DNA of 64,000 nt, from contig CDPCPM010000056.1 in assembly GCA_976551045.1 (NCBI GenBank), positions 13,888,001 to 13,952,000 of the forward strand, in the 5' to 3' direction. A program made the position numbers and the translations under genes. Each line of letters begins with the position of its first letter. Position 1 is the first letter of the stretch. This stretch comes from Glaucostegus cemiculus (Eukaryota). This document shows, one piece after another, positions 41,501 to 53,382 of the stretch. Under the pieces are notes generated by a model. It did no database searches. It was not told the origin of the DNA and saw nothing but the letters and a program-made list of their open reading frames with translations.

Positions 41501-41912
41501 CATAGGTCAATTGGGTCAAATGACCTATTTCTCTGCTGTATATTCCATCCCTTACCAGTATGAAAACAAACTGGGAACCACAGAGAGCATTCTGAATATC
41601 ACGCCACACCTATGACATGTTTTACTTTAAACCTGAAAAAAATGAATTTAAATAGAAAAGAATACCTGGAAAAAATTGTAACATAAATATGATGATTTTG
41701 TTTTAGCTGTCGATACCTTTTATTTGATCACTAGCGTTGATTACATTTTTATCCACTGTGATAATGGCAGGACTTGGTGATTTCTGAGGAACGGCGCCAT
41801 GCTTTGCAATCATGGAGTCACAAGCCACTGTCACCAGACCACTTCTATAGCCAACGATAGGTTCCACAAAGATGCCAAGCACAGCAAGCAGACGAGGAAT
41901 ATGCAGTCCCAT
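17420..41912 (-). CDS. FRRS1: Ferric-chelate reductase 1 (signal peptide-reeler-DOMON-cytochrome b561), full span of 15 coding exons; 1788 nt CDS, 595 aa
   Basis: Spliced by hand; all introns GT-AG with consistent phases. Colinear with vertebrate FRRS1. The four b561 heme His (KAHG, QVHR, AHPY, WFHW) and DOMON Met/His (KWMGDDD, IHKHH) are retained. Confidence 0.96.
17658..17719 (-). CDS. FRRS1: FRRS1 coding exon 14
   Basis: [21 protein letters not shown]; AG/GT, phases fit; 62 nt. Confidence 0.9.
18153..18296 (-). CDS. FRRS1: FRRS1 coding exon 13
   Basis: [48 protein letters not shown]; 144 nt. Confidence 0.96.
19045..19103 (-). CDS. FRRS1: FRRS1 coding exon 12
   Basis: [19 protein letters not shown]; 59 nt. 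Confidence 0.96.
19293..19390 (-). CDS. FRRS1: FRRS1 coding exon 11
   Basis: [32 protein letters not shown]; 98 nt. Confidence 0.96.
19822..20023. mobile_element. Head-to-head pair of Penelope-type terminal repeats (palindrome)
   Basis: Arms 19859-19937 and 19945-20023 are reverse complements; the same repeat caps the GIY-YIG element at 57 kb. Confidence 0.8.
20224..20510 (+). mobile_element. tRNA-derived SINE (V-SINE type)
   Basis: A/B-box-like head followed by 'ttctccccgtgtctgcgtgggtttcctctgggtgctctggtttcctcccaca'. Other copies at 21808-22033(-), 37810-38100(+), 43880-44160(-). Confidence 0.85.
22997..23083 (-). CDS. FRRS1: FRRS1 coding exon 10
   Basis: [29 protein letters not shown]; 87 nt. 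Confidence 0.96.
26200..26820 (+). mobile_element. CR1 LINE 3' fragment
   Basis: '[24 protein letters not shown]...[10 protein letters not shown]'. Confidence 0.9.
27651..27766 (-). CDS. FRRS1: FRRS1 coding exon 9 (cyt b561)
   Basis: [39 protein letters not shown]; 116 nt. Confidence 0.96.
28932..29418 (-). mobile_element. CR1 LINE 3' fragment; tail reads (AACATAG)n on +
   Basis: '[22 protein letters not shown]...[14 protein letters not shown]'; close relative at 45363-45910(-). Confidence 0.9.
29551..29664 (-). CDS. FRRS1: FRRS1 coding exon 8
   Basis: [38 protein letters not shown]; 114 nt. Confidence 0.95.
31714..31861 (-). CDS. FRRS1: FRRS1 coding exon 7
   Basis: [26 protein letters not shown]...[12 protein letters not shown]; 148 nt. 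Confidence 0.96.
32417..32515 (-). CDS. FRRS1: FRRS1 coding exon 6
   Basis: [33 protein letters not shown]; 99 nt. Confidence 0.96.
33975..34157 (-). CDS. FRRS1: FRRS1 coding exon 5 (DOMON)
   Basis: [22 protein letters not shown]...[21 protein letters not shown]; 183 nt. Confidence 0.96.
34735..35072 (-). mobile_element. CR1 LINE 3' fragment
   Basis: '[17 protein letters not shown]...LKRQLDRYL'. Confidence 0.85.
35655..35799 (-). CDS. FRRS1: FRRS1 coding exon 4
   Basis: [26 protein letters not shown]...LAKP; donor gtaagt; 145 nt. Confidence 0.95.
36493..37080 (+). mobile_element. L1/Tx1-clade LINE 3' end (ORF2 C-terminus, 3'UTR, polyA)
   Basis: '[13 protein letters not shown]...LLYGLFP...KDTLWSARK' to stop 36839; AATAAA 37055-37060; A-tail 37073-37080. 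Confidence 0.8.
38206..38300 (-). CDS. FRRS1: FRRS1 coding exon 3
   Basis: [32 protein letters not shown]; AG/GT; 95 nt. Confidence 0.95.
39443..39536 (-). mobile_element. PIF/Harbinger transposase remnant
   Basis: '[28 protein letters not shown]' resembles the Harbinger/HARBI1 'LxFxAxGSFQ..xD' segment. Confidence 0.6.
39570..39870 (+). mobile_element. Old SINE, probably Deu-type; relatives at 40330-40640(+) and 1795-2060(-)
   Basis: Shared 'ttcagggaaggaaac...tccttacccagtctggg...aagggcaattaaatgctagctttgcca' block. Confidence 0.55.
40707..40855 (-). CDS. FRRS1: FRRS1 coding exon 2
   Basis: [50 protein letters not shown]; AG/GT; 149 nt. Confidence 0.95.
41717..41912 (-). CDS. FRRS1: FRRS1 coding exon 1 (signal peptide, start of reeler)
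   Basis: ag|tATG; [39 protein letters not shown]...DQIK; donor g|gtatcg; 196 nt. Confidence 0.92.
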
Positions 41913-44900
41913 ACTAGTGTGGAATCAGACAAGAACTGTTTTAATTAGTGCTCATTTCTGTTAGTAACCAATGAGTAATATTTATCCTGTCAATGATAAG
42001 TAAGAATCTCTTAGTTAAAACTAATACGTCGTGATTAACAAATAACTTTAATTTATTCCTGGTGTTAAATTTGTCTCACTTGTGAGTCAGAAGGTTATGA
42101 GGTATGTGCTGGTTCAGGCACGTGTGATAAAGGGATTAGAAAATAATTTAAAAAATAGGAAGATAAAGAGTAACTATGAAATTCAATTATCAAAGAACAC
42201 TAGTAATAAAGTACTTTACAAACACATGAATGAAAAAGGTTAGAATGGAAATCCCATTAAAGGATATACAAGACTATACTACCACTAACAATTGGGAGAT
42301 GGCAAAAACATTAAAACTTTATTTTGCTTTGGCACTGAATGATGAGTACTGAAATATCTGCATTTAAAATGGAAAAGAAAAATACATTAAATGAGCTAAT
42401 CAAACTAAAAACTGATAAAAGCCCTGGCCTGGGTGGATGTTGAAATATATCTAAGGTATATATCTCAGAGGGCAGTGGAGGCCAATTCTCTGGGCACCTT
42501 CAAGAAGGAGCTAGATAGGTTTCTTATAGATAGGGGAATCAAGGGATATGGGGACTAGGCAGGAACGGGATATTGAGTGTTGAGGATCAGCCATGATCTC
42601 AAAATGGCGGAGCCGACTTGAACGGCCGAATGGTCTACTTCTGCTCCTATTGTCTATTGTCTCTTGTCTATTGTATGCCAGAGGAACATATTTAATAATT
42701 CTGTTTAACATGTGCAGTACCAGAGGACTAGTGGATAACTAATTAAGTATCTAGAAGAATGATAGATCATGTCCTGGGAATCACAGACCAGTCAACATGA
42801 TATCAGTGGTAGAAAAAAAAATAATGAAAATCTCTACTAAAGGAGAGAATTTAAGAACACCAGGAGACAAAGATGTACAGTAATGAATTATCAGTCATAG
42901 ACTTCGAACGGGAATCTTTTTTTCTTGACCAAGACACAAAAATTTCTGCAGATGCTGGAATCCGGAGCAATACACAAAATTTCTCTCCATGGATACTACA
43001 TGACCTGCTGAGTTCCTCCAGCACTTCTTGTGTATTGCCTTTGTTTGACCAACCTCATTGGAATGTTTTGAACAGGTAACTGAGATTAGATGAAGGTGAT
43101 GTTGTAGATGTAATTTATCTGGACTTTCAAAAGACTTTGATAAGATAGCTCATATAAATTGGATAATTGACCTATTATTGTCACAAGTACCGAGGTAGAG
43201 TATCACAGCACAGAAACAGGCCCTTCAGCCCATATAGTCCATGCCGACCTAATCTTCTGACTAGTCCCATCTACCTGCACTCAGACCATATCCCTCCAAG
43301 CTCCACCCATCCCACCCAGGTACAGTAAAAAAACTTGTCTTACATACTGTTCATACAGATCAATTCATTACAACAGTTCATTGAGATAGTACAAGGTAAA
43401 GCAATAACAGAATTCAGAATAAAGGTTTGCAGTTACAGAGAAAATGAACTGCAGGCACACAATAAGGTGCAAGGTCATAATGAGATAGGTTATAAGATCA
43501 AGAATCCATCATATCATTATAGAGGACCAATTCAATAGTCTTATAACACCGGGATAGAAGCTGTCCTTGAGGCTGGTGGTACATGCTTTCAGGCTTTTGT
43601 ATCTTCTGGCCAAAGGGAGAGGGGAGAAGAGAGAATGTCCTGGGTGGGAAGTGTCTTTGATGGTGTCTGCTTTACTGAGGCAGTGGGAAGTGTAAACAGA
43701 GTCCATGGAGGGGTATAAGATTAATAATTAGCATCAGAGAATGCATTCATGGGATAAGTAGCAGAATGAATTGCTAACTGGCTTCAGGACAGAAAGCAGA
43801 GTGGGAGTAGAATGTAAATATTCACTGTTATGCAAAGTAAAGTAGTGGTGTTCCACAAGGACTACTGTACTTCATAGTTTAAGATATTTATTAGTCACAC
43901 GTACATTGAAACACACAGTGAAATGCATCTTTTTGCGGTACTGAGAATGTGCTGGGGGGCAGCCCACAAGTGTCACCACTTTTCCAGTGCCAACATAGCA
44001 TGCCCACAGCTCCTAAGCTGTTCATCTTTAGAAATGTGAGAGGAAACCAGAGCACCTGGAGACACGGAGGGAACGTAAAAACTCCTTACAGACAGCAGTG
44101 GAATTGAACCCAGATCACTGGCGCTGTAATAGCGTTACGCTAACCGCGACAGTACCATGCCACTGACACAGAAAGATTATACATTCTGGAATCAAAGACA
44201 CAATTTCTAAATTTGTGATGGTATTAAACTGGGTCTGGTGGGGGGCAGAGAAGACTGCAACAAGTTATAAAGGACATTAATAAATTTGCGGAATTGATCT
44301 TAAATTCTCCTTGGGTGGCACAACAGTTGATTTTTCTGCTTGGGTCCAGAGGCCTGGGTTTGATCCAGTTGGGTCCTGTCTGTGTGGACTTTCCACATTT
44401 TCCCTGTAACCGTATGGGTTTCCTTTGGGTGCTCCAGCATCCTCCCATTTCTCAAAGATCTGCTGGTACATTAACTGGCTACAGTAGGTTATCCCTGAAT
44501 GCAGGGAAGTGGCAAAAGAATCAGAGGAGGTTGAGTGAGAGTAAGTTGCAGGGCTAGAGAGAGAGGGGGAATTGGACTGATGAGTCACTCTGTTAGGAAC
44601 TAGCATGGACCTGATGGACTGATTGGCCTCCTTCTCTGCCATAAGGTAGATCTGAATACCTGATCTTTAGTGGAAAGGTGTCGCTGTACACCCTCCTTGA
44701 GTGTTGCATTTGAGGATTGTCACAGCTCACTAATCCAACTCTATGCCCATGCATGACTAACAACATTGTCACCATGGTGATACTGATACCAATGTATAAC
44801 GAAATGAATCCCTCCCGCTGAGACACAATGCCACAATTTATGGCCAGGATTCTGTTTCATGGAGAACCAGGCAGTCATATTGTAGAAGAATACCAGAAAA

Positions 44901-46049
44901 GAATTGTAAATGTCTAATGATCCGCTCACCACCAACTCCTTCCCATTAGCTTGCTCTTCCTAACAGATCTGGGAAATTAAAATGACGAGGAAAGGTTCGC
45001 AGAGTTCTGAGCAAGTGCAGCGTTTGTTCTGAAAATCAAAACATACGCAGGACCCAAGGTCAGGCTCAAACCCAGGCCTTGGGACATTATTCTGTTCTGA
45101 TGTCCTGTCAATGACCGTTAACTCTTTTTTTCTCCACAGATGCTGCCTGGCCCACTGAGTATTTTCAGCATTTTCTGTGTTTTGTTTTATATTGTAATCC
45201 ATATCTTCCATTATATGAATTAAAACCTAGGCGGGGAATACAGTTTTCCCAGATTTTAATATCTGATTAGCTACGATTTTTGGTTGATAAGGCATCTTGC
45301 CGTTAATGACACAACATAAATAGAATTAGTTATTGATGGATTGGTGAGGCCACAGTTGTACCCATAGAAACATAGAACTATAGAAAACCTATAGTACAAT
45401 TCAGGCCCTTCGGCCCACAAAGCTGTGCCGAACGTGTTCCTATCTTAGAAATTAATAGGCTTACCCATAGCCCTCTATTTCTCTCAGCTCCATGTACCTC
45501 TCCAAAAGTCTCTTAAAAGACCCTATTGTATCTGCCTCCAGCAACGTTGCCGGCAGCCCATTCCACGCACTCACCACTCTCTGAGTGAAAAACTTTCCCC
45601 TGACATCTCCTCTATACCTACTCCCCAGCACCTTAAACTTGTGGCTACCATTTCAGCCCTGAGGAAAAGCCTCTGACTATCTACCCGATCAATGCCTCTC
45701 ATCGTCTTACACACCTCCATCAGGTTCCACCCCCCCCCCCCCCCCCATCCTCCGTTGCTCCAAGGAGAAAAGGCCGAGTTCCCACAACCAGCTTTCATAA
45801 GGCGTGCTCCACATTCCAGGCAGCATCCTTGTAAATGTCCTCTGCACCCTCTCTATGGCTTCCACATCCTTCCTGTAGTGAGGTGACCAGAACTGAGCAC
45901 AGTGCTCCAAGTACTCAATGGAGATATATGTTGTCGGGGGGCGGGTGCTGCTTTCACTGGCTTCGGATCATCATGCAACAATGTGCAGGAGGCACATCGC
46001 CATCCCTCCACCTATATTACGGACAAAAATAATCACCAATGGATGGGTA

Positions 46050-46770
46050 GTGAAGTGTTACAGTTCCTGAATCATGGCCAGGTTTTCCTGCCTCTCCTTC
46101 CTGCCCTGCCGAGTGGTTCCAGCCTGTTGTGCTTTTATTCGTGTTCTTGCGTTTCGGGAAGCACCTGGAAACCTCGGCGGGAGTATTTCTGCTGCACTGA
46201 CAGTTTCTCCCGCGGCTGAGATGATGCAGGACAGCGGCACGTTTTATAAATAATCCAGCTGCCGCAAGGACGGCCTTTGCACTTCGCCGGCTTTGTGAAA
46301 ATGACATAAATAAAAAGTACTGAGCCCTTCGAGAGAGTAAAAGTTCAAATCTTCTTTGTTCTGACTGAACGCAATCTTATTTTAACTCATTTGCAACGCA
46401 CATCAAGGTGGTTACCATCACCTGCACTTTCGGACCCTCTTCCTTTCAGGGCTCTCCCTCCCCTTCTATAACCGAACCACTCACAAAACTACGCACCTTC
46501 CCGATCACTGGCAGACTTGCACCGAACTAACGTTGCCAGTAAATACATACTTTTACTGTTTAAGGGTGCAGGGAGCTTCGCCCACTCACACTTACCTGGG
46601 GACTTGGAATGTATGTGCCCTTGCCTGAGAGTGACCTGGTATCGAGTTTCATTGTTGAGGCGGGGCTCTGGGCTGTCACCTAACCCGAGGAACTAAAGCT
46701 GAACCGGCAACTCAGTCCTAACGTTACCTGTTACCAATTTGAACCTGATGCTCCCGGCCTCGTTCTCACA
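46050..46770 (-). promoter_or_regulatory. Probable FRRS1 promoter / first non-coding exon region
   Basis: Locally CpG-enriched unique sequence upstream of FRRS1, with a consensus minus-strand donor CAG|GTAAGT at 46596/46595. Confidence 0.45.
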
Positions 46771-47984
46771 ATTTAATGTCATGTTTCGATTCATCTTATC
46801 CAACCTCTTTACCATTCTACTTTCATCTGTGAAATAATTTCTTGCAGGGTCTGAAAAGCCCGTCCTTCCAGTCTTTCTGGTTAACTGCTCACATACAGAC
46901 TGTTGCTGCCTGTTCGCCTATGTCTGTGGATCTGATTACTCTGCCTTGGATTTGAACACCAAGATCACTGGTGTGAATTAGAAAAAAAAGTAGTGGTTCC
47001 AACACTGGACCTTGGCACCCTCGCTCGGCACTTCTCTGCGGATTGGCATTACACCATGAATCACTGTCCTCCGTGTTCTGTCTTCTAGGCAGTTTCCTAA
47101 CCGTTCCACATCCCCGGCTTTTCAAATTCTTCCATTTTCGGGATCTGGCCTCACCAGCAAGACCAGCATTTATTGCACAGCCCAATTTGCCCTTGGGAAG
47201 CTGCCGTCTTGCACCGCTGCAGCCCTACTGGTGAAGATAGCCCCACAGTCTTGCTGGACGGGAAGGTCCAGGGTTCAGTTTTTGAATGTATTATTGCTCA
47301 TCTTTCGATTGGAACTTTATGGCTGCTTTGCTTTTGATGGTGAGATCCTCAACCAAATCACGGAGGATGGTCGAATAGGAATAGGGTAAAATAGCAAATG
47401 AAAATGCTGAGCATTGCTTATGTGGCACCATAAAGTAAGAATGGGACTAAGCAGGATAATGGTTGGGAGGTGTTGGAGGAAAATGGTGTGTCAAACCAAG
47501 CCAAACGCTACAGAAGAGTCCACCAGGATGCTCCCTGTCACAGATACATGGATGATCTCGAATCTGCAGGTTTGAAATTCTCCAGACAGATCACCTGAGA
47601 CTAACACATGTTCAGGAGTCTAATGTCCTTATTCTCTAACCTTTCCTAATTCTAATATGAAGCATTGACTCTGTTTCTGTCTCCACAGATGGTCCCTGGC
47701 CTATTGAATATGTCCAGCATTTTCTGTTCTTATGTTAAATTTGTGGGAGATCTCTGCAGTGTTGGGAAGAATACAATGATCTGACAAGTGTAGCTGAGGT
47801 AAGCACTAAAGCAACTACATGCCACAATTAGTTAATGCACTGAAATCTCAGAAGTCAGTGTGTACAACATGTCATAAGTATTTCAACATTGTACATTGTT
47901 AGGTATAAGTGAGAGCAAATAATTCAGAGTTGCAGTTATTCTATTGTTGGATCCCTCCAAACCATCTTCTCATATCTATTCAAC

Positions 47985-48960
47985 ACAAGTGGATAGGGTG
48001 GTGAAGAAGGTGTATCAGTTCTTCATCAGTTGGGGCACTGAATATAAAAGTCGGGAAGTCATGTTGCAGCTGTATAAAACTCAGGTTAGGCCACAATATA
48101 GGAACATAGAACATTACAGCACAGTACAGGATGTTGTGCCGACATTTTATCCTGCTCCATTATCTATCTAACCCTTTCCTCCAACATAACCCTCCATTTT
48201 GCTATCATTCATGTGGCTATTTAAGAGTCTCTTAAATGTCCCTAATGTATCTGCCCCCACAACCTCGGCTGACTGTGCATTCCATGCAACCACAACTCTG
48301 TGTAAAAAACATATCTCTGACATCCCCCGTATACCTTCCTCCAATCACCTTAAAATTAAGCCCCCTTGTGTTAGTCTGGGAAAAAGTCTCTGACTGTCCA
48401 CTCGATTTATGCCTCTTATCATCTTGTACACCTCTATCAAGTCACCTCTCATCCTCCTCTCCAAAGAGAAAAGCTCTAGCTCACTCAGTCCGGAGGATGT
48501 GGATGTTTTGGAGAGGCTGCAGAAGAGGTTCACCAGGGTAATCCCTTAATTGGACAATTAAGAAGAGGTTGGACAAACATGCATTTTTTCCCCTCTGGAG
48601 CATTGGAGACTGAGGGGCAACCTGACAGAACTACATAAACTTATGAGAGGCATAGATAGGGCAGCTAGTCTTTTTCCCAGGATGGAAATGTCAAATACCA
48701 GAGAACAAAGGTCTATAATAGGATGGGGGGGGGGGGGGGGAGGGAGTTTAAAAGTGATTTATGAGCCAATTTTCTTTTACACAGAAAGTGGAACACACTG
48801 ACAAGGTGGTAGCAAATATGACAGCAATGTTTACGAGGTGCTTAGACAGACACATGAACAGGCAGAGAATATAGGGATATGAACCACATGCAGGCAGGTG
48901 GGGTTAGTATAGTTTGGCACCATAGTTGGCACAGACATCATGGGCTGAAGACCCTTCACC
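47985..48960 (+). mobile_element. CR1 fragment with an oppositely oriented CR1 3' end nested at ~48095-48490
   Basis: 'EVMLQLYKTQVRP' resumes at ~48491; the insert encodes 'RMRGDLIEVYKMIRG' on -. Confidence 0.8.
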
Positions 48961-50929
48961 ATGTCTGTGGCAACCATGATGCCATGAATCATGAACTAAC
49001 TCCTCTTCTTCACATGTTCAATGTACTCAGTGTACTCAGTATTGACTTTCATGTTAAAGCTTCTCACACAGTCTTTTCAACTTTTTAAGAATTTGATGTG
49101 ATAATAGTGAAAAGGAGAGCTGTAGAGTCAAAACTATGGATGTGTAAAATATTGTTCATAATATTAAAGTGCATCAGCAACAGGTATAGAACCACTGAAT
49201 GTGAGAAAATTTCAAGCTTAATGAGGAAAATGTGAAAGAATTTTCATGAATTAATTCCCTCCAAGGCAGAAGGTAGATGAGTAATCAGTGTGAATGCAGA
49301 AACACATTTCTTTGTTGACACAGATTAGATAGTATAAATGGTAAATAGACTGGGAGGATGTTTGTGTGGATTATAAACAATAGCATGGATCTGTTGGTTC
49401 AAATAGGCTATTGTGTATATATATCTCCTATGCAGTTTGATATCTGCTGAGATTTGGGACAGACCAAAAAGTAAATCACTTTAACACAGCTATGGGACTG
49501 GGAAATGCACTACCAGAGTCTATGACTAAAGCAGCCGATGTGGTGTCGGAAATGATGGGAATGTCATACGGGAACAGAGAGGGTACGTGAGATTAGGTGT
49601 AGATTGCTACTTGTGTGGATGCTAGAAGCAACACAAACAAGTATGGCTGAATAGCCCATACCATAAGACAATAGGAGTGGGAACAGGACCAAGCCATTCA
49701 TCTGCTTTAGCCCACTCCACCAATCATGACTCAGCTGACATTTCTCAAGTCCACTTTCCTGCCTTTCCCCATGACCTTTGATTCCCTCATTGATTAGAAA
49801 TCTGTTTATTTCAGCCACTGTAAATTGCTCCTAGTTTAGGAGGATGGTAAAATCTGGGGTAATTTGGTGGGAATAGATTACAGGGAAAATTGGTGGAAGG
49901 TAGTGCTTCCTCTGCGAGCCACCACAGACATGGCGGCCTCCTATTATGTCACATGGAAGTATGGAAATTATTTGAGTTCACGACTGCCATGTGCAGTTGC
50001 AGTGATACTTCTATAAATTTAACTCTTACGCACTTGAAATAAGGACTAAAATTCCATTAGCTCTCCTTATTACCAGCTACACTTGTATGTTAGCTTTCTG
50101 TATTTTATGAACAAGGACCCCCAATCAATTCTTCCTGCAGCTTTCTGCAGTTTTGTTCCATGTGTTCTACCTTCCAAAATGAACAATCTCATATATTCCC
50201 ATATTAGTTTTCATTTGACAACTTCTGTCCCTAACCTTTCTCTCACTTAACCTTTCAATATCTTTCTGATACCTGGAATCTCCAGTTAATATTGAAAACT
50301 ACTAATGAGATTTGATGTAAACCAAACATGTAAACTGGATCTAAGATGTTAAACTGTTTCCCCCTCTGCAGATGCTGTCTGACCTGTTAAGTATATCCAG
50401 TATTTGTTGTTTTTACTTCAGATTTTCAGCAGCTGCAGCCTTCTTATTTAATTTTTCACTTAATGTCAGGCCTCCATCCAATCTTAAAGCTTGCACTGGC
50501 AACACTTGAGATCGAGATTTCGAAGCCGTGAGCTCCAAACTCATTATCAGGGGAGCTGTGCATCCTCACGAGAGAAGTTTGTGAATTTCCACCTTCCTTT
50601 GATGACAAGAGTAGGGTAGGGAGCTACATTTGTTAATTGGAAACTGCACCCTGAAGGGTCTCACGGCGAGCTCACCGGCAAAGTTCCCCAGTTGCGATTA
50701 TTTCCATGCTGCAACATCAGTGTAATTCTGCACAGTTAAACCCCGGGTCAATGTGACCTTCATCAGCTGAAGTTTACAGTCATGATGTTACAAGAGTGAC
50801 ATCACAGTAGATTGAGCCACAGACAGAGTGGGGGAGCTGCATTAAACGTACGGCATTTCACTGCAAAAGATATCAAGCTGTGGGTAATGGGAAGGAGCTC
50901 GGTAGAGAGACAGGGCAGCAGCTGGGGTG

Positions 50930-51360
50930 AGCAATGTGTGAAGGACGGGGAGCTGTGCTGAGGGACAGGCCGGGGAGGGAGCCCTTTCCTGCCCCGCACA
51001 AACATGGTGGCCCTCGCCCCGCTCTAGGCCTGTGCGGGGCAACCGGCTATAACGAACCGGTTTCCTTTCCCGTTTGCTCAGGAGTCAGCTTCCTCCCGGG
51101 GGGAGAAGGAAGGCGGGTGAAAGCTGAGGGCCAGACCCTGCTCTTGGCCCGGAAGAAGCGGGGCTGGAGGCGGCATCCCAGAGCCGAGCGGCCGGGAACC
51201 GGGGACCGGGCACCCGGGGCGGTGGAGTGAGAGGTTGGGCCCAGGTCCGGCACCGCGGCACCGGGCTCGGGTCACCTTGAGGGCGGCGACGGGAGGCGGG
51301 GTGAACAGCCAGGAGCCGGCGGGTCAGAGCTGGAAGGAGGGAGGGAAGAGAGCCCGGTGG
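50930..51360 (+). promoter_or_regulatory. CpG island; probable AGL promoter and non-coding exon 1
   Basis: Very GC/CpG-rich, ~2 kb upstream of the AGL ATG exon; ETS-like CCGGAAG (~51149) and GGGGCGG box (~51216). TSS and donor not determined. Confidence 0.7.
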
Positions 51361-51369
51361 GAGGGGCAA

Positions 51370-51975
51370 GTTTGGTGGGGGGGGGGATCAGAGAGCCTGG
51401 GGTGGGGGGATCAGAGAGCCTGGCGGGGGGGAGAGTCAGAGATCCCGGGGTGGGAGTGTGGGCTGGGCTGGGCTGGGCTGGGGTGGGGTGGTGGGGTGGG
51501 GGGTGGTCAGAGAGCCTGGCCGGGGGGGGGGGTGGTCAGAGATCACCAACGTGGGCTGGGGTGAGGGATCAGAGAACCCAGGGGTGGGGGGATCAGAGAG
51601 CCTGTCAGTGTGGGGGTGGGGTCAGAAATCCCGAGGAGGGGTTGTGGGCTTGGGGGGGGGGGGTGAAATCAGAGAGCCTGGGGTGGGGGTGGGAGTGTCA
51701 GAGATTCCGAGGTGGGGGGGGGAATCAGAGACCCCGGGGTGTCTGTGCCGGGGGTGGGGGTGGTCAGAGACCCCGGGGTGTCTGTGCCGGGGGTGGGGGT
51801 GGTCAGAGACCCCGGGGTGTCTGTGCCAGAGGGGGGAGGTCATAGACCCCGGGGTGTCTGTGCCAGAGGGGGGAGGTCAGAGACCCCGGGGTGTCTGTGC
51901 CGGAGGGGGGAGGTCAGAGGGTGGAAAGATCCCGGGCTGGTTGTGTGAGGGGGTGGTCAGAGGGTAGCGAGAGCC
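51370..51975. repeat. G-rich minisatellite-like region (tcagagagcc.../tcagagaccccggggtgtctgtgcc units)
   Basis: Visible ~38-39-bp units at 51722-51920 and shorter related units upstream. Confidence 0.85.
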
Positions 51976-52059
51976 TGGAATGGGTATTGGATCAGGAGTA
52001 TACTGAGAGGTCAAAGTGAGTTGAGGGAGTCAGAGGGTGGAGAGAGCCGGGGTATGTGT

Positions 52060-52905
52060 GAAGGAGGTGGGGGGGGGTGTGAAGTAGTTGGGGGGTGCGG
52101 GAGGGGTGTGTGTGAAGTAGTTGGGGGGTGCGGGAGGTGGGGGGGTGTGAAGGAGCGGGGGGGTGCGGGAGGTGGGGGGGTGTGAAGGAGCGGGGGGGTG
52201 CGGGAGGTGGGGGTGTGTGAAGGAGCGGGGGGGGTGCGGGAGGTGGGGGTGTGTGAAGGAGCGGGGGGGGTGCGGGAGGTGGGGGTGTGTGAAGGAGCGG
52301 GGGGGGTGCGGGAGGTGGGGGTGTGTGAAGGAGCGGGGGGGGTGCGGGAGGTGGGGGTGTGTGAAGGAGCGGGGGGGTGCGGGAGGTGGGGGTGTGTGAA
52401 GGAGCGGGGGGGTGCGGGAGGTGGGGGTGTGTGAAGGAGCGGGGGGATGCGGGAGGTGGGTGGGTGTGAAGGAGTTGGGGGGTGCGGGAGGTGGGTGGGT
52501 GTGAAGGAGTTGGGGGGTGCGGGAGGTGGGTGGGTGTGAAGGAGTTGGGGGGTGCGGGAGGTGGGTGGGTGTGAAGGAGTTGGGGGGTGCGGGAGGTGGG
52601 TGGGTGTGAAGGAGTTGGGGGTGCGGGAGGTGGGTGGGTGTGAAGGAGTTGGGGGGTGCGGGAGGTGGGTGGGTGTGAAGGAGTTGGGGGGTGCGGGAGG
52701 TGGGTGGGTGTGAAGGAGTTGGGGGGTGCGGGAGGTGGGTGGGTGTGAAGGAGTTGGGGGGTGCGGGAGGTGGGTGGGTGTGAAGGAGTTGGGGGGTGCG
52801 GGAGGTGGGTGGGTGTGAAGGAGCGGGGGGTGCGAGAGGTGGGGGTGTGTGAAGGAGTTGGGGGGTGCGGGAGGTGGGGAGGGTGTGGGGGGGGGGGTGC
52901 AGGAG
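52060..52905. repeat. 35-36-bp G-rich minisatellite, ~24 copies, probably in AGL intron 1
   Basis: Unit ggagttggggggtgcgggaggtgggtgggtgtgaa and variant ggagcggggggggtgcgggaggtgggggtgtgtgaa. Confidence 0.95.
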
Positions 52906-53300
52906 GTGGGTGGCGGAACAGCAACCGCTTGCCATGTAGACTGCAGTAGCTCTAAAGCCCACGGTTTGAGTGGTGATGGTCTCAGCATTGTTACCTACAG
53001 CGCCTGCACCGACCGGTGGCTATTGCTGAATACGGCTGGCTGTCATCTAACGTTTCTCAAGCCAACTGTCTTGTGGGAGGAAACCAGTTGCGGATTGCTC
53101 TTGGGGCTGGTGTTGCTGCAGCTCAGTCTTGCAAGGGAAGACTGTTGGAGTGTATAATGTTAAAACGCAATTGTTAAATGTTGATGGTGGGGAATCGTCC
53201 ACTTGATCTGCTGTCCATTTTGTGTACGCTTTTAGGGGATTGCTGATTTCACCTTAGTTACTTGCTGCTGCGGAGAATCAGGCACCATTACAAGTGAAAC

Positions 53301-53382
53301 ATGCAACAGCCTAAACAAGTTCGAATTCTGCACTTAAATCGTTTCGACAAGCTCGAAAGAACGCTTTTTCGGCTGAAACAAG
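53301..53382 (+). CDS. AGL: Glycogen debranching enzyme, first coding exon (exon probably starts at 53236)
   Basis: MQQPKQVRILHLNRFDKLERTLFRLKQG (cf. human [28 protein letters not shown]); donor g|gttagt; acceptor tttag| at 53235. Confidence 0.94.

Noticed and set aside
51992-52988. 310-325-aa Pro/His/Thr-rich ORFs on -
   Set aside because: Open in all three frames because the minisatellite lacks stop codons.
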